From the IMG/VR virus record IMGVR_UViG_3300027805_000006: 64,000 bases of DNA; one strand, written 5' to 3'. This document shows, one piece after another, positions 56,564-64,000 of the stretch. Made by a program: the position numbers and the translations under genes. The DNA comes from a virus (taxonomy: Duplodnaviria; Caudoviricetes). Numbering within the stretch: position 1 is the stretch's first letter; each line of letters opens with the position of its first letter. A model generated the notes under the pieces. That model was not told where the DNA came from. It saw only the letters and a program-made list of their open reading frames with translations, and did no database searches.

Positions 56564-57343
56564 ATGTATATGGAAAATGCGCAAAATCCACTTTTGCAGA
56601 AACTAAAACTTCCGGGCCGAGTATTTCAACTACCATCGCGCGGCGCACTTTACAGAAATGGTGAAGTTAATTGCATGGAAGGTGAAATTCATGTGCACGC
56701 GATGTCAGCATTAACCGAAATTAACCTAAAAAACCCAGACCTGTTGTTCAATGGAAAGGCTCTCGAAGAGGTATGCAGGGAATGCATTCCAGAAATTAAG
56801 AAGCCCACTGAACTTTTTGGCAGAGATGTAGATGCACTAATGTTTTTCCTTCGTGTAGTAACATACGGGCCTCAGTTTGAAATCAATGTAAAGCACACCT
56901 GCGACGAAGCAAAGAATCATTCCTATGTGGTTGATTTGGAGAAGATGATTCAGGAAATGCGCCCACTTGACCCAACAACAAAGTTTGAGGTAGTTCTCCA
57001 GAATGGGCAAAAAGTAACCCTTCACCCAGTCAAGTTTGAGCATATGATTAAACTTTTCCAGATGAATACTGGAAAACAAGAGTTGAATTCAGATGACGTC
57101 AAAGCCAATATCATCTTTAACCTAGTCAATTTGGTTGAGAGCGTAGATGGTATTACAGACCGTGCAATGATTGAAGAATGGGCTAAGTTGCTTACCACTC
57201 CAATGCAGAATAAAATAACTGAAGTCATCGAGAAGATGAATCAGTGGGGCCCAAACCAAACTATTCAACTGAAGTGCAAGGACTGCAGCGAGATGATGAA
57301 TGTTGAACTGCCTCTGAACCCAATAAGTTTTTTCACCGAATGA
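56564..57343 (+). CDS. gp26: Baseplate hub subunit (gp26-like)
   Basis: LPSRGALY...AMSALTEINLKNPDLLFNG...LRVVTYG...C...H; C-terminal CKDC...LPLNPISFF. Confidence 0.75.
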   Translation: MYMENAQNPLLQKLKLPGRVFQLPSRGALYRNGEVNCMEGEIHVHAMSALTEINLKNPDLLFNGKALEEVCRECIPEIKKPTELFGRDVDALMFFLRVVTYGPQFEINVKHTCDEAKNHSYVVDLEKMIQEMRPLDPTTKFEVVLQNGQKVTLHPVKFEHMIKLFQMNTGKQELNSDDVKANIIFNLVNLVESVDGITDRAMIEEWAKLLTTPMQNKITEVIEKMNQWGPNQTIQLKCKDCSEMMNVELPLNPISFFTE

Positions 57344-57564
57344 TCATTTCTGGTGAGGCGAGCAGGATCGCCGAGATGATCAATTCAATGGGTATAGAAG
57401 TAAGAAACCTGCTCAAGTCAGCAATTGAGATTGCTTACTTTTCAAGAGGCTCCATTCAATATGAATCAGTACTGCATATGACCCCGCTTGAGCGGGATAT
57501 TGCAGTTGAATTTATCAATAGGAGACTTGAGTTAGCCTCCAAGATGTCATTCCCTGTATTCTGA
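57340..57564 (+). CDS. Baseplate hub assembly protein (gp51-like)
   Basis: Small gene coupled to the gp26-like gene; RGSIQYESVLHMTPLER. Confidence 0.55.
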   Translation: MIISGEASRIAEMINSMGIEVRNLLKSAIEIAYFSRGSIQYESVLHMTPLERDIAVEFINRRLELASKMSFPVF

Positions 57565-57567
57565 TAA

Positions 57568-58803
57568 CTACGTAGTCAGTTTGATGCCAATGGTGTTGAT
57601 GATGCGTGGCAGTTCATCAATATACTGCCGCGGCACCCCATCAATTCCATCGTGCATCATAATGCCGTGACGGTCAATCTCATTCCAAATTAGGTAGCGC
57701 GCCCCTCTCTCCCACTCAAAGTAGTTTGAGAATACGCGTTTTTGGTTCTTGAGCGATGGGTTAAGTTTCAAGTTTGCTGCACACACCGCCTTCTTTGCAC
57801 GTGAGTACTGCCTCGAAATAGTTTGAAGCCGAGCGCCAATCTTCTCAAGACGACTTTGACTTACATCTCCTGACGCTTGAATGATAAGTTGAGCGGTAAC
57901 TGAAAAAGAATTGCCTCCTGACATAATTGCTGGTGAAATTCTTGACCCATTTGCAAGGCTCATACATACCTTCTTTACAACAGAAATTCCTTCTTCATTC
58001 CACTCAAGCCCGAGAGTGTTTTCACAGAGGTCCTTTCGCCACTTCTGCTTATCGTCGATTAGTTGTTTAAGGTCTGGGTAAAGCATCTTCACGAGACGTT
58101 GCTTAGTACTATAAATTTCACTAATGTGTGACATTAAATATTGCGTATATGCACTATCAATATCAATTGATGCACCAAACAATTTTTCACGCAACCAAGA
58201 TGGCCACGTCTCAATTGCAGCAATTGGCCAAATTGAGGTATCACGCTGCTTCAATTTACCAGCAGGTTGAAAAACAAAATTTACTTCGTCTTGCTGAAGA
58301 AGCCACTTGACAGGCGCAATTAAATCAACACGACCCTCACTATAAAGTTGGTCAAGTATATTTGACGAGTTGCTTCTGATGATATAGACCTTTGATATAA
58401 CTCCATCTGGGCGTTCAGCAGGCACAAACTGAAGATCAAGTTCTGTTGTCTGAGCCTCAATATTATTTTCTAACTTTTTTGGAATAAGCAGTGATATCTG
58501 CTTGTCATCATTTGCAATATTGTAGCCTAGTTGCTGTACGTCAAAAAAATAATCTAGGGCACGCCTATAGTCATATACCCAATCCCTAAGAGCAACGAGC
58601 CGCAGTTTAATTGGATAGAATGCTCTGCACGCAGCGTTGCGCATTGAATGCGAGTGCAGATTTGCAAGAAAAAGAATTAAGTCTTGCCTATCTTGCTGCC
58701 TCTGTCGATGAATTCTACTCTTGTCGTTGTAGAAGCGACTGACGTGAAGAGGATCTGCAGGGCTGATCACCCGGCTTGCCTTCACCCTGTAGATTGCGCT
58801 CAC
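57568..58803 (-). CDS. PolA/T7-RNAP-superfamily palm-domain protein (TV-Pol-like), putative
   Basis: SIDIDSAY (motif A), VKKVCMSLANG (motif B-like), FEWE, MMHDGIDG (motif C) in the correct order. Confidence 0.45.
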   Translation of the reverse strand: MSAIYRVKASRVISPADPLHVSRFYNDKSRIHRQRQQDRQDLILFLANLHSHSMRNAACRAFYPIKLRLVALRDWVYDYRRALDYFFDVQQLGYNIANDDKQISLLIPKKLENNIEAQTTELDLQFVPAERPDGVISKVYIIRSNSSNILDQLYSEGRVDLIAPVKWLLQQDEVNFVFQPAGKLKQRDTSIWPIAAIETWPSWLREKLFGASIDIDSAYTQYLMSHISEIYSTKQRLVKMLYPDLKQLIDDKQKWRKDLCENTLGLEWNEEGISVVKKVCMSLANGSRISPAIMSGGNSFSVTAQLIIQASGDVSQSRLEKIGARLQTISRQYSRAKKAVCAANLKLNPSLKNQKRVFSNYFEWERGARYLIWNEIDRHGIMMHDGIDGVPRQYIDELPRIINTIGIKLTT

Positions 58804-59027
58804 ACGCGCCCGGTCTTCAACTTCTTATAAATTGACTTTACGCTATCTGGTCGAACAAGCAGTTGATAGCGTGGTGCTGAAGGCTGACTATTTTCCGATT
58901 TTGCAAATCTATTTTCGTACGTCTTAACGACGTATCCATCTTTCTTAATATCCTTACCTGCCTCTGATAAGGTAGTAGCGAGACCCAGCGCCGCCCGCCG
59001 CATCCTCTTTGCTTGTTTTCCGTTCAT
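58800..59027 (-). CDS. Small basic hypothetical protein
   Basis: MNGKQAKRMRR; coupled to 57568. Confidence 0.65.
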   Translation of the reverse strand: MNGKQAKRMRRAALGLATTLSEAGKDIKKDGYVVKTYENRFAKSENSQPSAPRYQLLVRPDSVKSIYKKLKTGRV

Positions 59028-59048
59028 ATATATTCTCCTATAAAAAGG

Positions 59049-59651
59049 TCACCAGATCCCAGCGTACTTGGGATTTAAAACAGTATCTGCCCAGTCAGGG
59101 ATATATCCAAAATTTTGCTTAAAAAATAACACTTCCCAGTTTTTGGATGATGCTGTGCCAAGCTTAGAGAGCCTAGGTCTTACGATTATAAATCGTATAT
59201 CCTGCGGCTGCCTTAATCCCTTCACAAGGAGAGGTTCTTTAACACCCATCATTTGAATGATTGTATCACTTGGGCTGATCTGTTCCAAATGAAACGCAGG
59301 TATTGGGAGTTGAATTGAGTGAATGACTGAAGGATGTGGAGTTGGCAGTGCCCTAAGACCCTTGCTTGATTCACAAAATCTAACGATTGAATTTAAAAAT
59401 GACTGATACGTAAAGTCATTCACACCGCCTCGCTTAACGTGCGCTTTCACCATATCACGGTCGGGTGGGAAATAAGTTGTTTTTACATCGCCTCTCTGCT
59501 TGGCATTGTACGGCCCAAGGAACTCTGCGGCCTGCACATGCAGGTTGTAGTGGTTTGAAAGAACTGGAATAAGGTCTGAAAAGTCTTGAATTTTTCCTTG
59601 ACGTGAAGCATCAAGCCGGGCATTCCACCTAGGCAGTGTAGTAGTTTCCAT
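59049..59651 (-). CDS. Hypothetical protein
   Basis: 200-aa co-oriented ORF. Confidence 0.65.
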   Translation of the reverse strand: METTTLPRWNARLDASRQGKIQDFSDLIPVLSNHYNLHVQAAEFLGPYNAKQRGDVKTTYFPPDRDMVKAHVKRGGVNDFTYQSFLNSIVRFCESSKGLRALPTPHPSVIHSIQLPIPAFHLEQISPSDTIIQMMGVKEPLLVKGLRQPQDIRFIIVRPRLSKLGTASSKNWEVLFFKQNFGYIPDWADTVLNPKYAGIW

Positions 59652-59657
59652 AATAGT

Positions 59658-60236
59658 TTAAACTTTAGAATACCAAAATTCAATAATTGGTAATAGGTCA
59701 TCAAGATAATAGACGTCAATGCTCTTGCTTATTCCAGCAGCTAAAAGAGTTAGGCGCGGCTTAACACCATTCTCTGTAAGTACACGATAATCAGCTCGGA
59801 CGTCTAAAGTATCCACTGCAACAAAAATAGCAGTTCTATTCCACTTAAAGATAAGCATAGGAGACTTATCAATTTTGCAAGCGTCAACTGCTGCTTCATC
59901 GAACCATTTAAACACATTCGCAGTATTTGAAACAAGCGATGTGAAATTATCTGGAGTAGAGTATGATTTACATTCTATAGAATGTTTAAAATTAAAGCCC
60001 TCTTTTCTCTCATTTACTGGAACAACGTCGCCAACAAAGATCTTAAGTGCTTCCTCGCCGAACATTTGACCTATAGTTTCAAAGTTCTTTCCGCCCACAC
60101 GAGCGCCCGACCCGGGTGTACGGATAAAATTAAGTGGTGCAAGTGCAGCGGTAAGCTTTTTTGCAACGGTGCCTTCGAAGCCGTTGCCTTTTCCCTTGGA
60201 ATTAAATCGCTTTTTCTTGTCTTTTGGCTGTTCCAT
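59658..60236 (-). CDS. Holliday junction resolvase-like PD-(D/E)xK nuclease
   Basis: SKGKGNGFE..VAKKL, RTPGSGA, GDV...IECK pattern. Confidence 0.75.
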   Translation of the reverse strand: MEQPKDKKKRFNSKGKGNGFEGTVAKKLTAALAPLNFIRTPGSGARVGGKNFETIGQMFGEEALKIFVGDVVPVNERKEGFNFKHSIECKSYSTPDNFTSLVSNTANVFKWFDEAAVDACKIDKSPMLIFKWNRTAIFVAVDTLDVRADYRVLTENGVKPRLTLLAAGISKSIDVYYLDDLLPIIEFWYSKV

Positions 60237-60930
60237 TTTTTACCATCTTTGCTAATTGTTTGGATGTTATTCCAAGTTGACGAAGTGCTGCACACCCAGA
60301 TTTATATGTGATACCATTCACGGTATACTGCACTGCATTTACTGGGGTTCTACCTACATTCATTTTCCCGACCTCAGCCATTGCAGTGCGCCGCTTGGGA
60401 TCTTCAAGCATAATTTTTTGTGCTGCCGCCATCTTTGCACGAGTTTCTGCAGAGCGTGTTATTCCTTTAAGCCCATCAGAGGTCTTCCTCTTCTCTTCGG
60501 CGGTTCGCGGAATACCCAGCTTGGCATTCCTCATCTTCTTCTTTACTTCTGGGTTTGCTAATGCAACCTTGACCCCGGCACTGATCTTTTCTATGATCTC
60601 GCTCCTACGCAGCATAGTATCTTCGCCCCATCCTCCCTCCGCACGCGCTATGTTAAAGAGTATTATCCCCTCAGATCTAAGGCGATCTATGTGCTCGTTT
60701 TCAATTGCAAAGTAGAATGCCTTGTCATAAGGACCAAGCAATTCGGTGATCTCATAGCTAAACGCTTCAGCCCCATACTTCTGCCAAGCATGCTGCAGAT
60801 GCCTGTTGAAATGTTTATTGTTTAGTAACAATCCAACGTGCACGCCCCACCGCTTGTCTATGTTCTTGGCTGAGCCCAAGTAGACCTTTTGATTAGCTGA
60901 ACATGTAATAGTGTAGATGCCTCCGCGCAT
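60202..60930 (-). mobile_element. Free-standing GIY-YIG homing endonuclease with NUMOD3-like repeats
   Basis: GGIYTITC..NQKVYLGSA...RW..H...L...H.N.HLQ.AW.KYG; RTAEEKRKTSDGLKG repeats. Confidence 0.88.
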
Positions 60931-60963
60931 ACCCTATTTATGCGTAGTGGGAAAGCAAAAGGG

Positions 60964-60977
60964 TCAGGTCGACCTGA
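60964..60977. terminator. 14-bp palindrome, possible terminator
   Basis: TCAGGTCGACCTGA, followed by CCCTTTTG on the - strand. Confidence 0.45.
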
Positions 60978-60980
60978 TGT

Positions 60981-61058
60981 TTACTCGATGTCCTTAAGCT
61001 TTCGCTTCTGTGGCGGCTCGGGAGATACGTCTATAGCGGCGATATTTTGTTTTTGCAT
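60981..61058 (-). CDS. Possible 25-aa mini-ORF
   Basis: MQKQNIAAIDVSPEPPQKRKLKDIE, with ATAAATA at 61087-61093 upstream. Confidence 0.3.
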   Translation of the reverse strand: MQKQNIAAIDVSPEPPQKRKLKDIE

Positions 61059-61128
61059 AATAGTTAAAATAGGTATGGGATAAAAATATTTATCGCCCCC
61101 GTTTCAACCTTTTTTATGCAATCAACAT

Positions 61129-61596
61129 TTATTTCTTTTCAGTGAAGTTGTCTTCGAAGTACTTTGCCTTTTGCACCGTGTAGGTGAACTCATCTTCATC
61201 AGTCTGGCGGATTAGATAGTCGCCCTTCTTAATGGTTTCAGTGTTACCCTCAAGGTCAATTTTTGAAGTATCACCTTCATACTTAAACGCTTCTACTTCT
61301 TCAGCATCTCGATAGACAATAAATCCCTCAGCATCTTCTTTTTGGTTTGCTCTTACAGGAACATAGTTATCCTCTAGTTCCTCTGAATCCATAGTGGAAA
61401 CAAGTTTGCGCTTGCCTGAAGTATCAGAGAACACCTCATATTCTGTTGGGACGCTATCTGGTACTTTTTTGACCATATAGACAGCATTAGGCACATAGTT
61501 AAGTGCGCTGTCTTTATTTTCCTTCCAGATATCAGCAGCCTTGATTGTTTCAAGGGCTTCTTCACTGATAGACAAAAGTTCCTGGAGAAGTTTCAT
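61129..61596 (-). CDS. Putative internal head protein
   Basis: Leader MKLLQELLSISEE; KKGDYLIR motif. Confidence 0.6.
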   Translation of the reverse strand: MKLLQELLSISEEALETIKAADIWKENKDSALNYVPNAVYMVKKVPDSVPTEYEVFSDTSGKRKLVSTMDSEELEDNYVPVRANQKEDAEGFIVYRDAEEVEAFKYEGDTSKIDLEGNTETIKKGDYLIRQTDEDEFTYTVQKAKYFEDNFTEKK

Positions 61597-61975
61597 ATTC
61601 GGTCCTGAATTGCAAGTTAGTTATAGAGAGCAGCGCGGCATCTGCGCTTTTTATAATGTTATTTAGTTGATTTTCGTACTCAATAATTTTTTTTTCTGGA
61701 ATAGACATAAAATTCAGCATTACTGCAATGTGTTCTACAATCTTACAGTTACCCATTAATTCAAAGTCCTTAAGTAAAGGTTCTTCTTCTACCTCTTCTA
61801 CGCTCAAGATGTAGTGCTCGTATGGGAATTCCAGTCTTCGCCGTAAAAACAGTTGACCAAATAATTTTGATTTTGCCGTTCCAACGTCACATATCTTATT
61901 TAATGCAGCAGTAACAACCTGTTGCATCTTATCACGTGAGGCGAGTGCGGCTTCTAGTCTGTCAATATTAGTCAT
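61562..61975 (-). CDS. Hypothetical protein (start probably MTNIDR)
   Basis: ORF track 61562..61996; GGGG RBS before 61975. Confidence 0.6.
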   Translation of the reverse strand: MTNIDRLEAALASRDKMQQVVTAALNKICDVGTAKSKLFGQLFLRRRLEFPYEHYILSVEEVEEEPLLKDFELMGNCKIVEHIAVMLNFMSIPEKKIIEYENQLNNIIKSADAALLSITNLQFRTEYETSPGTFVYQ

Positions 61976-62026
61976 ACTGACCCCAATAATAAACAATATT
62001 TACAGAGCACTCGTGAAAATATATTC

Positions 62027-63766
62027 TTATTGAACTACAACTTCGGAAAATCCATTTATTTTTCTAACAAGAAGGCTGTTGTCAAGTCTTCCGGCAATTG
62101 CTGGGTGATGACTAATTACAAAGATGCTCATTTCTTCATCTCGTGCCTTCTCTTTCAGAAGCCGGACAATTGAATCGATTCCGTTTTGGTCCAGGGCGCC
62201 ATCTAACTCATCAATTAACAGAACATTAGTACGAGCGTGTAGGTGGTGCAGTACGTCTCTAAATGCAAGCATTAGCGCAGTATTCACCCGCTTCTTTTCA
62301 CCAGCGCTCAGATTTCCAAAGTCTAGTTCTCTCCCAAACTCAGAAACAGTACAACTCATATCTGCATCAAACTTTACTAGGTGCGGCAGACCAAGAGTAC
62401 GAGTGTAGAGATTTACTCTGGAGTTTAGGAATGGAATTGTTTGATTGATAATTTTCCTGCGCAGGAAAGAATTTTTATCTGTAAGCAGTTTTACAAGAAA
62501 GTTTTGGTGGTCAAGCCTTTTACGAAGGACATCAACTTTAGAAAAGTCAATCGTATCTACCGCCTCATTTAAAAGAGTATCTCGAGCCTCGACGTGCGGG
62601 TTTTCAGCCAACTTTAACTCTTCAATTTTGTTTCGAAGAGATGCAGCATTTTCTCGTGCTGTCAGCAGGTCAGCAAGGTCAGGGTGTTTGATTTCACTTT
62701 CGAGAGTGGCAAGTCGGTCCTTCTTTTGCTTTAACTCTACATCGAGAGTTGTTTCCTTCTCTTCAGTTTCAAGAAGTTTTGCACCTTTTTCTTCTAGCAA
62801 TTGACGAAGGGCGCTGAGACGCTCTGGCGCACTTGCATATGTCTGCGAGCAGTATGGACACCTTTGGTCTACCAAGTGGCTCTCTTCACCTATTAACTTT
62901 TCTACTTCTTTTGAAAGGAACTGCTTGTCCTTCTTCAATGGCACTAGACGCGCAGAAAGGTATGCGCTCTCTTCCTTCAGTTTATCCTTCTCATCATGTA
63001 GAGACTTCTCAGAGACAAAATCGATTGTTGCAAGCGCCTCAAGCGTTGCCTCGATATTCGTAATATTTTCTGCTCTAGACGTTTCCCACCGACTAACGCG
63101 GTCTTCTGCTTCCTTCAGGTGCTTCTTGTGAAGGTCAACTGCAACCTGTTGCTGAGCACAAACGGCTTCTGCAATCTTAATATCACTTTCTGTTTGCCTG
63201 ATTTTCTCCTTTAGCATCTGCGCCTTCTCAGAAAGCATTGTGATGTTGAATAACTCCTCAATCTGGTTGCGCTGCTGGGCAATTGGTAACTGCAAGAAGG
63301 CAGGAGAATTTCCAGAGAAAATTACTGTCTTTGTAAAAAGGTCGTATGAAATTCCGATGATGCTCTCAATTAACTCGTCGCACTCTGTCACACCCTTGCC
63401 TGGAGTAATGTCCTCACCATCGCGCTTGATTTCAATCTTGTACTCTTCACCTCGCGCTCGATAAATCTCATATTCAATGCCACCTTTTTCAAAAATAAGA
63501 CGAACTTCCATCAGCGTATTCTTAGTGGCATTGGTACTATTGATTAGACGCTGTAGGCTAATGCTATCAAATGGCTTATTGAAGATTGCGTAGCAAAGAG
63601 CATTAATGATTGATGACTTGCCGCTGCCATTGCTTCCACCATTGTCTAGGTTTTGTCCTTCAATCGATACCGTCTTCTGCTCAAAGAGGTCAAATACCTG
63701 TGTTTGGTTACCGTATGACAGAAAGTTTCTGACTTCGAGCGTCTTGAAGATAAGAGGGATTGACAT
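62027..63766 (-). CDS. gp46: Recombination endonuclease ATPase subunit (gp46/SbcC-like)
   Basis: NFLSYGN, GSNGSGKSS Walker A, coiled coil with a CPYC hook, LSAGEKKR signature, LLIDELD, ISHH. Confidence 0.93.
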   Translation of the reverse strand: MSIPLIFKTLEVRNFLSYGNQTQVFDLFEQKTVSIEGQNLDNGGSNGSGKSSIINALCYAIFNKPFDSISLQRLINSTNATKNTLMEVRLIFEKGGIEYEIYRARGEEYKIEIKRDGEDITPGKGVTECDELIESIIGISYDLFTKTVIFSGNSPAFLQLPIAQQRNQIEELFNITMLSEKAQMLKEKIRQTESDIKIAEAVCAQQQVAVDLHKKHLKEAEDRVSRWETSRAENITNIEATLEALATIDFVSEKSLHDEKDKLKEESAYLSARLVPLKKDKQFLSKEVEKLIGEESHLVDQRCPYCSQTYASAPERLSALRQLLEEKGAKLLETEEKETTLDVELKQKKDRLATLESEIKHPDLADLLTARENAASLRNKIEELKLAENPHVEARDTLLNEAVDTIDFSKVDVLRKRLDHQNFLVKLLTDKNSFLRRKIINQTIPFLNSRVNLYTRTLGLPHLVKFDADMSCTVSEFGRELDFGNLSAGEKKRVNTALMLAFRDVLHHLHARTNVLLIDELDGALDQNGIDSIVRLLKEKARDEEMSIFVISHHPAIAGRLDNSLLVRKINGFSEVVVQ

Positions 63767-64000
63767 TACTTCAACTCCTCATATAGGTCAACTAGCATCG
63801 AGGGGTCAATTGTCTGCGATGGCTGGACGCCCTCTGTTATCAACTTGCGCACCGTATTGTCAAGTGATGTTAGGTCAATTTCACCTTCCATTTCTAATCC
63901 TTCTTCTAGTTGCTCTTTCCTTGCCATAAGGTCCTCTTCAACTGAAAATTCTCTTAGCCCCAGTGTCTTTATCATTTCTTCCTTAAGCGCCTGCACGTCG
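63766..64000 (-). CDS. gp47: C-terminal part of the recombination endonuclease nuclease subunit (gp47/SbcD-like), partial
   Basis: Frame open beyond the window edge; coupled to gp46; LGLREFSVEE...LVDLYEEL. Confidence 0.6.
   Translation of the reverse strand, partial: DVQALKEEMIKTLGLREFSVEEDLMARKEQLEEGLEMEGEIDLTSLDNTVRKLITEGVQPSQTIDPSMLVDLYEELK

Noticed and set aside
1-64000. Stop-codon reassignment (suggested by in-frame TGA in the two remnants)
   Set aside because: All core genes are full length in the standard code, and TGA, TAA and TAG serve as normal stops, including ATGA overlaps
1-64000. tRNA, rRNA or other structured ncRNA genes
   Set aside because: Intergenic gaps are short and explained by promoters, terminators or remnants; no cloverleaf was seen by eye, and a covariance-model scan was not run

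Overview
The window is the virion-morphogenesis region of a large T4-like (myovirus) phage, almost all on the - strand, using the standard genetic code. It carries three paralogous fibre-stalk genes and two very large multi-LamG lectin genes (0.8-17.9 kb), TerL, a TerS candidate, gp4, tail tube and sheath, gp15, neck proteins gp14/gp13, major capsid protein, scaffold, prohead protease, portal, tape measure, baseplate hub, a resolvase-like nuclease and gp46/gp47. T4-type late promoters (TATAAATA and variants), C(UUCG)G terminators, four free-standing homing endonucleases and two decayed endonuclease remnants are also visible. The most notable observation is about 21 small, otherwise unrelated or paralogous ORFs that share an N-terminal leader resembling the T4 capsid-targeting sequence ending at a protease-type Glu (MKTFKQF..E or MK[LVI]xE[LI]..E). 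This suggests an unusually large repertoire of capsid-packaged, possibly injected proteins. Second, a stand-alone 411-aa ORF shows PolA/T7-RNAP-like palm motifs (TV-Pol-like). All product calls come from motif recognition by eye; no database searches were run.
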